In this document: piece by piece, positions 1 through 10,505 of the stretch
Layout of the letters: the number at the start of each line of letters is the position of its first letter
Numbering within the stretch: the stretch's first letter is position 1
Made by a program: the position numbers and the translations under genes
Assembly (NCBI RefSeq): GCF_035084215.1
Contig: NC_090370.1
Location: forward strand, 4,712,001-4,776,000
Length of the DNA stretch: 64,000 nucleotides
Source: Heptranchias perlo
Lineage: Eukaryota
Reading direction: 5' to 3'
Notes under the pieces: generated by a model
What the model was told of the DNA's origin: nothing
Seen by the model: only the letters and a program-made list of their open reading frames with translations
Database searches by the model: none

Positions 1-361
1 CCATTAAAAAATACATATATGGACAGTGTCAAGCTTGGCTATGGATCTCCATAGTTGAGTAATTGTCAATATTCATACCCGGGTTAATAAAGAATGACCA
101 CTTGGGCAAAGTACTAAAGGAATGTCGCCACCTGTGGAATCATACATCAGCACGAGTCATTGACTTTAGGAGGGACAAGAGGATAAAACGGGGTGGGACG
201 GGAGGAAGAATAGGATTTTAAGTTCATCTCTAAGACTTTTCACATTATAAAGTCCCAATGTTAGCTGCAAAACAGGAGGAATCACAAAGTGAAAACCTGG
301 TGTTTACTCACAGAGCGACAGAGAGAAAAGAAATCAAAACATAATTTACCCTCCCTCATAC

Positions 362-425
362 CTTTAAGTGACCAACTAAAGCTTGCTGCTTACTCCACCT
401 CTCCAATGGCAAAAGATGCAGTGAC
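362..425 (-). other. Putative 64-nt non-coding exon (exon 2) of an unidentified leftward-transcribed gene that continues beyond the window start
   Basis: On the - strand a strong polypyrimidine acceptor (ttttccttctttctctttag|GTCAC) and a donor (AAAG|gtatga) bound the segment; no ATG inside. Confidence 0.55.
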
Positions 426-559
426 CTAAAGAGAAAGAAGGAAAATAATAACAGTTACATTTGTAAATAAATTTTTAAATCCAGTTGCCAAGTAAGATTT
501 TTTTTAAATCAACCATTTAAAACTTGTTTCTTTTGAATCACATAACCAGATAGACTTTT

Positions 560-915
560 AGGGCTCCATTAGCTCAGTGGGTAAATGCATCAGCTGGTGT
601 GGTACTGCACTACATAGACCAGGAAGGTTTCAGCTTCAATCTTCAGTCATAGCTGAATTACCTGATTTCATTCATTCAAACTACACTGTTTGTATCATTC
701 ATGTCAGTGAGTTAGGGAAGGACAGGGTTCTCACTCCTTCACTATCACTGACGCCTGCTGGATCAGGCTCAGCTTTGACGATCTTCTCCTTCCCCAAGTT
801 CAACAGCCTGCCGACATTCACTATGAGGACTCAAAAATGAAGAATGGTGTATAGCCACTTGGGTGAAGCACCAGAGAGTAGGCAGCGACCTTGGTACTAT
901 ACCCCAGCAGGCTAG
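560..915 (+). mobile_element. tRNA-derived SINE (family A of this window)
   Basis: tRNA-like head (agctcagtgggtaaatgc...) and body motifs (agcctgccgacattcact, gccacttggg, tactatacccc) shared with many copies, e.g. 41800-42180. Confidence 0.7.
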
Positions 916-1469
916 CAACAGAAAACTAGCTTCTGGAGCAAAAGTAACCAAGTGGCTTCAAATAATTTTTAAACAGGAAAGTTAAATCAAAATGTAAAAA
1001 TTATATTGGAATCTCGTAATTGAAAACGATACCATCAGCTTGGGTACTTTTTAAATGCTCCTTATTTAGATTTTAATTTAGACATTTTTTACACACTGAA
1101 TCCACTATCCCTTTCTTTCAAGTCGGTCACATCAGGGGAGCACTACGGTTGTAAGCTTCAACATAACATTGGACATGACTGCTTTCCTCAAACAATTCGC
1201 GTTCTTAGGCCAACCGGCATTCATAGGAAACTCGCGCGAAATCGTGATGTTGACAGCTCTGGTGGGGGAAAGTTCTCGAACTTGCTGCGAGGCTTCAATT
1301 GCGCTTCTAGGCCTCAATTGACTTACACAAATTGACATAACTTCCAGCGCATAAATGAGGAAAAAATACCCTCCTTCATTTTTATTTTAACCACAGAACC
1401 AAATAATTATACTCGACCGATACTGGAATAAAAATAATATATAAAACACAGAAATAGGGGCACATTTAC

Positions 1470-1560
1470 CCGCACGGTTCAGCTTTTTTTCACTCAGTCC
1501 TCCAAACACAACGAACATCGACTCAGGTCCTCCGAGACAAGAGCAACCGCAGAAGACGCT
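1470..1560 (-). other. Putative first (5'UTR) exon of the leftward gene; 5' end approximate
   Basis: Donor CGTGCGG|gtaaat at 1469-1464 (- strand) inside the CpG-rich region; it could splice to the 362-425 exon. Confidence 0.5.
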
Positions 1561-1774
1561 ATCGAAGCGTCTCTACAGCCATCGTTCGATGAACAACAAC
1601 CCGTTTAGCAGCTGGTAAAGTCTGTGTGGTTGGGGATTATTTTGCGTTACAGCATTTTCAGACATTTAATTTCAAAATTTATCTTTGGGGGAATTCAGTT
1701 TAAATAACAGTTTTAATTTAAAATAGTGGATCAAATTCTTAATCTGACCGAAAGAAATTAAGCATACGAGTCGC

Positions 1775-1859
1775 AGTTCTTCGGTGCTAAGTCGCTCTTG
1801 TCTGGGAGGACCTGTTTGATGCTCGTTGGAGGAGTGAGTAAAGGAGCTGAACCGTGTAT
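1775..1859 (+). other. zc3h10: Putative non-coding first exon of zc3h10; 5' end approximate
   Basis: CpG-rich, with candidate donors gtgagt (1834) or gtaaat (1860). The zc3h10 coding exon has an acceptor at 8614, so an upstream exon is required. Confidence 0.45.
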
Positions 1860-2234
1860 GTAAATATGTCCCTGTTTTATGTCTATTGTGTAACCGTTCC
1901 GACCCACTTTGTTAATTACTCCGACAGTTTAAATGTTCCAAGTGAGGGTTTAATTCCGTGTTCGTGTGTATGGCAGTTATTTCATGCAGCAGAAAGTTGA
2001 GGCCTAGAAATCCCATGACAGCCTTCGAATCCTCGGCAAGCCTGTTACTGTATAAGATGTGATTCACAATAAACAGCTCTATAAATCAGACTTTATAAGC
2101 ATTGTTTTGAGAATTCATGGATCACCCATGCATTTGAAACACTAAGGATTTAATATCTGCTATTAATAGGTTGTATGACTTGATAAGACTTTTGTTTCTG
2201 GGCGAAATGCTTTAAAGTTTGATTTTTATTTAGT

Positions 2235-3065
2235 ACAATAGCTTGCACTTGTATAATGTAACAAAACGTCTCAAGGGGCTTCATGGGGAGGGGGTTGGAC
2301 ACTGAGTGAGAGTTAAGTGAGGTAACTGAAGGTGTGATTAAAGAGATGGGTTTTGAGGAGGCTTTTGAAGGAAGGGAAAGGGGTAGCAAGGTGGAAGGGA
2401 TTAGTGGTGCCAGGGGGTCTGTGATGCACAGGTAGTCCAGGCTCAGAAGAGCAGAAAATGTGAACTGAAACCTAGGACTGGAGAAGATTCCAGAAGTAGG
2501 TTGGGGGTGAGGCCATGGAGAGATTTGTAGATGAGAATTTTGAAATCGCTGTGCTGTGACTAGCCAGTGGAAGTCGGTGAAGACCTAGGTGATTGGGACT
2601 TAATATGGGCTAGGATGCTAGCAGCAGAGGTTTGAGTAAATTGGAGTTGGAGTTTGTGTAGGTGGAGTTCTGGGGGCCAGTGAGGGTAGCATTGGAGAAG
2701 TCAAGCTTGGAGGTGATAAAGACATGGAGGGGAGTTTCAGCAGCAATGGGGATGAAGTAGTGATGGAAGTGGTTTTTGCAATTAATGCAATATGAGGTTT
2801 GAAACTCATTTCAGGGTTTAACAGGGTGCTGAGGTTATGTGCTGTCAGGTTTAGCCTGTGTATAGTGAAATGCAAGCTAGGATGCAGAGTTCTGGGTGGG
2901 AGCTGAACAGGATGGCTTTGGTCTTGTCAATGTTGAGCTGGAAAAAGTTTTGGCTCATGATTTGATATCAGACAAGCAGTTGGATAACACAGCAAGAATC
3001 ACAGGTAATGCTGGAGAGGTAAAGCTGAGTATCATCAGCATATGAAAGCTGACCCCATGCTTGCA
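2235..3065 (-). mobile_element. L2/CR1-clade LINE 3' fragment, decayed
   Basis: The - strand encodes degenerate RT C-terminal motifs (HNLSTLLNPEMSFKPHI; an ADDTQLYLS-like stretch; QLNIDKT) followed by an L2-type tail. Confidence 0.7.
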
Positions 3066-3344
3066 GGTAATGTAATTTTCAAATGAAAATATTTTAGATT
3101 AGAGTACAGTACTCAAAATATAACTCTTTCTTAAACATGTTGGGGAAATTCCTCTTCACGGTCTTGCTGGATAGATTCATTGTCAAATGAAGCAAATCAG
3201 CTTTCTAGAATTTGCTAGTGGATTATTGTCTGGAAAAGAGAGAAAGGCGCTGGGGATGAAAATGACCCTAAATATTTGTTTCTCAGACACTACTATACAA
3301 CTTTGAATACGTGCTTGTGCATAAGAGGTTACAATTTATTTTTA

Positions 3345-3710
3345 TCAGGGCTAGACAGACTGGATGCAGGGAGGATGTTTCCCCTGACGGGGTGGGGGGG
3401 GGGTCTAGAACGAGAGTTCACAGTCTCAGGATACGGGGTAGGGCATTTAGGACTGAGATGAGGAGAAATTTCTTCACTCAGAGGGTGGTGAACCTGTGGG
3501 AATTCTTTACCACAGAAGGCTGTGGAGGCCAAGTCACTGAATATATTTAAGAAGGAGATAGATAGATTTCTAGACACAAAAGGCATCAAGGGGTATGGGG
3601 AGAGAGCGGGACTATGGTACTGAGATAGAGGATCAGCCATGATCATGTTGATTGGCGGAGCAGGCTCGAAGGGCCAAATGGCCTACTCCTGCTCCTATTT
3701 TCTATGTAGC
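3345..3710 (+). mobile_element. CR1 LINE 3' end
   Basis: HSLRIRGRAFRTEMRRNFFTQRVVNLW motif plus the 3'UTR ending gggccaaatggcctactcctgctcct. Confidence 0.85.
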
Positions 3711-3879
3711 TAAGCTATTTGACATGCACTAACTCATGTCACTCTAGTAGAATAGCTTTTATGCAAATTAGATACTCATGGGAAAAGAAGAGGTGAATCC
3801 TTAATTGATAACTGAAAAATTTCATAACTATGATGCGTATTTGTAACAAGTTTTTTTGAAGCACTCCCCTTTTTTTCCC

Positions 3880-4260
3880 TCCTTCGTGCCAATCTTTTCC
3901 TGAAAACAGTGACTCATCTGGATGTACAGTTCCACAGGTGCTGGCAGCCCTCTGGTGCTTCACCCAAGTGGACATTCTTCATGTGTGAGCCTGAGCAGTG
4001 AGTACCAGTAGGGTATTTGACCATGAGGAGTATTGCAGCCTACCTGATCCTATCCTTACCTAGTGTCCACATATGCACATTTCCAGCAGGTTAACAGAAT
4101 AATAATCAGGGACAGGAACTCAGCCACACAATGTCACCACTCTGGAGATGCTGATAGCTATTATAGTATCAGCCTCTCTGTACAGACCAGGGATTGAACC
4201 TGGGACATTACTGCCTATAGGCTGTGTGCCTGATAGTAGGGAGCATTTTCCTCCTGAGCT
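3880..4260 (-). mobile_element. tRNA-derived SINE (family A)
   Basis: Reverse complement of family A body and head motifs (cccaagtgg, ttccagcagg, gggattgaacctggg). Confidence 0.65.
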
Positions 4261-6049
4261 GCTGATGGTGAAAAACTTTTTTAAAAAATTATTTCTTCCA
4301 GCAAGTTGCAGTTTCCGTACTCGTCACTGTCCTCTGCTCTTTGCCCCTAAAGTGGTGGTTTGATGTTTGCTAGGAACCCAGTGGAAAAGTGTGGAGATCA
4401 GCAGTACAAGTGCACAATCCAAATGTTTTCTGAAATTAGATAGTTGCATACAGCAGTATTATAGTCACCCATGCCTCTGCCAATGCCATGATGTACGGTT
4501 TGCTAGGAGGCATGTGGTTTGCTTCCCAATGTTTTTCTTGCTTCCCACTCTGAGGAAGAACCTGGCTTTTGCTAAATGATGTGACTGAGATCAGGAAACT
4601 TAACATTTGGAGCGTTTGCAGGTGCGAGCCTGCATTCTAGCATTCCATGGCCCAACATATTGGTGTGCTAATCCTGCATGGCAATCTGCAGTTGATTTCA
4701 ACCCTTCCCAGGGTCACTGAGGCCAAATGTAGCATCCTTGCTGCTGCCCTGGCTGGGAACAGCTAACTCAGCACAGACCGAGGGCCAAACCTGAGTCTTT
4801 GTCCATTTGTATGGCTCAGTTTCTCAGTGGATTAAAATCCTTGAGTATCGGAGGAACCCCTAGTCTTTCCAGTAATCCTGTTTTTCTAGAATTTCACACC
4901 AGTTTACTTGGTGCAATTATGTATTTGTTTACATAGCATTTTAGGATCATACGTTGATGCAATAAATCTGTTGGTATATAGTTATTTGGCATAGTAGTGT
5001 TGCACACTTCCGAATTATGATATTTTATTGGTGGTGGCCATGAGGAAGGTGGGTAGCTAGGCAGAGGCTGCAAACTGATTACCCTACCTTCTTTGGGTGT
5101 GTGGCTGGTTTGCTGTTCTTGTGATGCTTAGAGCGGGTGGTATCTTGATATATAGTATGATCTTTTAAAAATCATGTATGGTATTGTGGGGCGCAGTTCC
5201 TCCTGATTTTTTCCTTTTTATCAAAGCACGTCTGGCCTAAATTTAATTAGGAGGTTATGGTCTCTGACCTACTATACATTTTTGAGGTGTGGAGGATTTC
5301 CCTCAAAAACTAAGGTTGAAACTTGTAAATCTATTACTGAATTTGAACTGATCTAATGTTTTGTTAGCATCTGTCACCCAAGGTATCAGCAGTTGTTATG
5401 GCTTACCATTATTGCAAGAGGAAAATAAAGTGCAAAATGCAGGCTGGTTATTATGGGTTTTATGCATTAATATCTCACTTGCTCATGAGTGTGCTTTATT
5501 TTGAAGGCTGCTTTCTGCGCCTTCACGAACCTCAGGGCTTGCTGTTTAACCCTGGATTTAGCTCAAGGCGCCAAACATCTATTTGACTTGTCGTTCTCAC
5601 CCCTCCCCTCCCTTTAATGCAGCTGTATTCATGAGCATCCAGTCGGTTCCACTTGTCAAGCAAGTGCTGCTGTTGAAACTCTTTGTGCAACTACAATGAC
5701 AGCTTTTTACAAATTTGTGGGGATTGCAGTTCATCTTATTGAGAGCTGATACCCTCTACTTCTGCTACAAGGATGCTTCCAATAATGGGGGGGGGGGGGA
5801 GGGTGTTGGGAGATGTTATTAACCAGTCTTGACATTTATAGTTCCAAAAAGAATTATCAAAGAACATTTGTCCACACTACTGAACTTTCATCATAGTTGA
5901 TATGCTACAAGGAATAGAGTGTATGCCCTGTACTTCATTCAGAAGAAGGAGGATCAATTCTCTATTCTGCTGTTGGTGTGAATTGTATTATTGGTTTACA
6001 GGCTGCAGTGGGAACAGATCAGAAATGAACAGCAATCATTCTATGATTC

Positions 6050-6670
6050 TAGAATCATAGAATGTGACAACATATTTGAGACACCAAGCCTGTGTTTGTT
6101 TTTCTTCACAAGCCACCTAGTCTAATCCCACCCTCCTGCTCGCTCCCCATATCATTTAATATTCCTCCTCTTCAAGAACTTTTAAAAAATTTATGGCTTC
6201 AGCTTCAACAATGGTTTGTGGCAGAAAATTCCACATTTTAATCACCTTCTGTATGAGACATTTTTCAAACCTCCCTTTTATTTCTTTTTGTGATTATCTT
6301 AAATTTGTGCCCTCTCATTACCATCTCACTGACCAGTGGAAACAATCGATCACTATTTACCTTATCATAATCCTGAAGACCTCTATCAGGTCACCACTCA
6401 ACCTTCTCAGCTCCAGTGAAAAAAGCCCTAACTTCTCAAGTCTCTCTTCATAACTGCAACACCTCATCCCTGGTAACGTCCTAGTGAATTTACGCTGCAC
6501 CTTCTCCATTGCTTCTATATCCTTCCTATAATGGAGCGCCCAAAACTACATCCAATACCCCAACTGCAGCCTGATTAAGGTCTTGTACAAGTTAAACATC
6601 ATCTCCTTGCTTTTGTATTCTGTGCCTTTGGATACAAATCCAGGGATTCTGTTTGCTTTTTTTATGACCT
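6050..6670 (-). mobile_element. CR1 LINE 3' fragment
   Basis: Antisense CR1 signature (gacctctatcaggtcacc; the + strand reads ILKTSIRSPLNLL). Confidence 0.75.
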
Positions 6671-7549
6671 TAAGTTAGTGTAACTGAAAATATTTTAATA
6701 GTGAATATACTTGATGTATCTTATCTGCAGAATCAGCTTTTCACATGTAAATGTACTTCAACTTTTTAAAAATAGCAGTTTTCCACACTTATTGTATGAG
6801 GTGGTGGAATAATTTATATATATTCAAAATATTTTCAATTTACAAAGCTTTCCCCCAATGCAGTACAGTTTACTCTACAAATATTTTATATATCTACTTG
6901 AGTTGTCTTGATGCCAATGTCTATGGATATATGGAGGTCTACTGAAGCCACTTTTTGTTAGTGAAATCAGTTTGTGATCAATCGAGTAAGTCAGGGATCA
7001 CAAATGTATTTTTTAATGTGTTACTGACCTAGACACGATGATAAATAATTACTTTTACCTTTCTGGGTTGCTATCATAAATGGGGCAAGGAGCTTCACCA
7101 TCCGTACCACTTTGAAAAAAAATTAAAGAAAAGCATTATTTTTTTTAAAAAAGCTAAGTTATCAGCATATTTGTCCCCCAGAGTGCTTTAATAATCTTGT
7201 TATTTCAGCTGTGTACATTTGTTCAGTTCCCTGACAGACCGGTTAGGGCTTCAAGTCAATTCCTTATCTAATATCAAAGGCACTTACTATTTTGACAAAC
7301 AAATACACCAAAAAAGCAAAATAATGCTCAAGGTAATCATCATTTTTATCAATCATTTTTTCAAATGGATATTCCTGGCAAAAGTACATTTCTGGTCTTG
7401 TTCCCCCAAATACTCTCCATTTTCATCATTTCACTTTCTTGTGTGTCCTCTCTTATCATGTTTCTAGTTCTCTGATGCTTTAATTTTTCCTGTTTCTTTA
7501 GGTTAATACTTGTTAATCATGATCGCAAATTTTGGATCCCACTTCCAAT

Positions 7550-7830
7550 TATTTTCCCTCTTCTCCTGAAAGCGCTAACTCTTGTTGGGGTGCATGCATC
7601 AGCCTCTTTCCCAAGTAGTGGCCATTCCTTATATGTGAGCCTGGATAATAATTATTGGCAGGCTATTTTATCATGGGTGGTATCACATCCGAACCTGGCC
7701 TGTGTGCACCCAACATCCACAGATGTACATTTTCCAGCAGGGATCGCTAGATTGGAATCAGAAATGGGAACTCTGGCTATGTTTTTTGTTTTCCTTCTTT
7801 AGCCTGGGGTGCAGAGGGCTATTGTCATCA
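7550..7830 (-). mobile_element. tRNA-derived SINE (family A) fragment
   Basis: Contains ccaagtagtggccattccttatatgtgagcc and ttttccagcaggg. Confidence 0.6.
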
Positions 7831-8661
7831 AATTAATTCCAAACAAGCAGTTGTTTTTGCCATAGTCAGCTGGTCTTATTTTTAACTCCTTATTTCAGTT
7901 TTCTCTCATCTTTAGACTTCTCATACCAATGCTAGGGATCATTCCTCGGCTGAAGAAACATATACCTTCCTGCAGACCTATTAATGCCATACAGCAAGCA
8001 GTATCTGGAGGTGTGTGAAATACTATGTGGTGACATGCCCTCTGATATTTTTGAAAATATGCATATAGATTGGGTGGGGATAAGCAATTCACAATGAAAA
8101 TCCTTAATCTAAAAATTACTTTTCCAGAATTTTATATTGGCCTGCATATAGATACAGTTGTTTAATGTATCCCAGACTGATGAAGTGAATAGTCTCCTTT
8201 CTCTGCTGGCTATGATGTCCAAAATGAAATAAGTTTGGCAAATCTCAAACAAGCTCTTAATGGACATAAATCAACAGCACAAAACAACCTATAATTTAGT
8301 ACAAATTAGCACTCTTCATTCCCCAACTCAGATAGGCCCCAAGGATCAATGATTGGGGAAATGGAAGTGTGATACTGGTAGTTTTCTGACGTTCTAGTGA
8401 AGACAAATTGTGGGGAAGCACATCTAACCTGTAGTACAACTAACCTAGTAATGTTTGATGCCAACACCGGACACACACATTTGGAAACCTTTTTCATTCC
8501 CACCACAATCATCGTTCAGCTTGCTGAGCACAAAATGCAGTGATTCAAGTGACACTTACTTTGTGGATTAATTCCTCCTTCTCTGTAAAGACGTACCTTG
8601 ATTTTCTTTTTCAGATGTTTTTGTGTACAGTGGCTGAGAAGCACAGAAATAGTCTGTGAAG

Positions 8662-9867
8662 ATGCCGGATAAAGATAATTTATTTAACAGTGGTAATGAC
8701 GAGGCTGGCCACAGTTCAGATGATATTTGCCGAGACTTCCTGCGCAATGTCTGCAAACGTGGCAAGCGCTGCAAGTTCTACCACCCCGACATTAATGAGG
8801 TGTCCGACTTGGGCGTAAAAAAGAATGAGTTTGTCTTTTGTCATGACTATCAGAACAAGGAGTGCACTCGCATCAACTGCAAGTTTATTCATGGGACAAA
8901 GGAGGATGAGGAACATTACAAAAAGACAGGAGAGCTTCCCCCACGCCTGCGCCTTACAGTGGCCATGGGTCTTGGCCTTTCGCCTTCTGACCTCTCTTTT
9001 AAAAAAGGTGAGGTTCCAATCTGCCGAGACTACCTGAAAGGTGACTGTCAAAGAGGATCTAAATGTAAATTCCGGCACTTAAAACGTGATGAATATGAGT
9101 ATGAAAACAGAACTTTGGAGAGATTGTCACGCGACCAAGTGCTTTCTCCTGTAGTGCGTCGATATGACCCATTCACTGACCTCTATGACAGTGATCGCTA
9201 TACTGACTACGACCATGTTCTAAAGAGGAGAAGAGTGGATGGCTTGCGATTTGAAACATATGATTTTAATATCCCAAACCCACGTCCAGTTGACCATCGG
9301 TTTCTAGAGGAGGAGAACTTGATGCTCCGAAAGCGTGTTGAGGAACTCAAAAAGCAGGTCTCCAATTTGATGGCAACTAATGAGGTACTTTTGGAGCAAA
9401 ATGCACATTTCCGCAACCAAACTAAGGTGGTGACGCTGACCTCCACTCCCACAGCGACAGAGCAAACACTGGCAGCACCAACTGTGGGCACAATCACCAA
9501 TTACAACCACGGTATAGCACAGACTCACACCACTTTGAGCAGCCAAGCACTTCAACCGCGACCTGTCACCCAGCAAGACCTAGTGGCAACTGTTGGAGCT
9601 TCTGCTGCGCCACCTACCAATGCTGCACCCCCAACAGCACAGCATCTTAATCCTGAGATTGCTTCTCTCCCGGCTGCGCTTGCCCAGACCATTGCCCAGG
9701 GGCTGGCACCTCCAGTTTCCATGGCCCCGGTGGCTGTCTCTGTTGCGCCAGTGGCAGTATCAATTGCACAAGCACTGCCAGGAATCACCATAAGCCATGC
9801 CACCACTCCAATGGTTACTTATCCAATTGCATCACAGAGTATGAGGATAACAGCAATTCCTCACTGA
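8662..9867 (+). CDS. zc3h10: Zinc finger CCCH domain-containing protein 10 (401 aa, single coding exon)
   Basis: Three CCCH fingers (CRDFLRNVCKRGKRCKFYH, CHDYQNKECTRINCKFIH, CRDYLKGDCQRGSKCKFRH), a coiled coil (LEEENLMLRKRVEELKKQVSNL) and the C-terminus PMVTYPIASQSMRITAIPH, all matching vertebrate ZC3H10. The true ATG is at 8662 (MPDKD); the ORF track starts at a GTG. Acceptor ttttctttttcag ends at 8614. Confidence 0.97.
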   Translation: MPDKDNLFNSGNDEAGHSSDDICRDFLRNVCKRGKRCKFYHPDINEVSDLGVKKNEFVFCHDYQNKECTRINCKFIHGTKEDEEHYKKTGELPPRLRLTVAMGLGLSPSDLSFKKGEVPICRDYLKGDCQRGSKCKFRHLKRDEYEYENRTLERLSRDQVLSPVVRRYDPFTDLYDSDRYTDYDHVLKRRRVDGLRFETYDFNIPNPRPVDHRFLEEENLMLRKRVEELKKQVSNLMATNEVLLEQNAHFRNQTKVVTLTSTPTATEQTLAAPTVGTITNYNHGIAQTHTTLSSQALQPRPVTQQDLVATVGASAAPPTNAAPPTAQHLNPEIASLPAALAQTIAQGLAPPVSMAPVAVSVAPVAVSIAQALPGITISHATTPMVTYPIASQSMRITAIPH

Positions 9868-10374
9868 GGAGCCTTGAGATAAAAAAAAGAGTTGCATAAA
9901 GGCTTTAGAAAAGGTTCTGTGTTCCTATGTTGCTTCCCATGATGCGTGTTATATAAATATACACGCCAAAGCCAAATAGGATTCTGATCCAGCATTTAAT
10001 TCTATTTGTACCAAAACTATTCCTCTTCAATCCATTATATATTATTTCTGATTTCTGAATACTTGTTTTACCCCCTCCTGTTTTAGTGCTCAGCTCACCA
10101 ACTCTTGTAAATCCATTGCCTAACTTAATGTAAAAACAACTGCACGTGTCACAGGAACATTTTCTTATAAAAGGTTTCGTGTTTAGAATAAACTAGTCAC
10201 TGGGCTGTGGTGCTGCGCAAAATATTCAAACCTCCTCTTCTTCTTTGTCTCCCATGCTTGGCTATTTGCATTCTTGACGCAAAAATAAAATTTCATAGCA
10301 TATGAACTTGTAAATTTTCCTGGCAATAACGAGCAAAAAAGAATTAATTATTTTGAAACTAGGATTTTTTGTGG

Positions 10375-10505
10375 ATGTTGCTGGCGCTGAATGACTGCCG
10401 CGTTTTCCCAGATAGTAGTCATTGCAATCCAATAAGTAATTCTCTGTGAAGCTTTTTGGGATGTTTTGATGATGTAATGGGATGCTATATAAATACAAGT
10501 ACTTT
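10375..10505 (+). mobile_element. Deu-type SINE 3' tail fragment
   Basis: ctgccgcgtttt...gctttttgggatgttt...gctatataaatacaagt tail. Confidence 0.55.

Larger units (their letters stand above)
1120..2050. promoter_or_regulatory. CpG-enriched, putative bidirectional promoter for zc3h10 (+) and an unknown gene (-)
   Basis: Local CpG density is clearly higher than the CpG-depleted background, and splice donors point outward on both strands. Confidence 0.6.

Noticed and set aside
560-660. tRNA genes at SINE heads (also ~43110-43180, ~57510-57580, ~62190-62245)
   Set aside because: They have A/B-box-like motifs but no complete cloverleaf that I could see, and each is followed by a SINE body.
1-8600. 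rpl41 upstream of zc3h10, as in mammals
   Set aside because: I found no MRAK / WRKKRMR / LKRKRRKMRQRSK exons by eye; a tBLASTn or splice-aware search would be needed to exclude it fully.
8656-8661. ORF-track start of ZC3H10 (MKMPDK)
   Set aside because: It begins at a GTG; orthologues start MPD, matching the ATG at 8662.
8568-9806. Antisense and alternate-frame ORFs over zc3h10 (and likewise over aqp0 exon 1)
   Set aside because: Shadow ORFs of GC-richer coding sequence with no recognisable domains.
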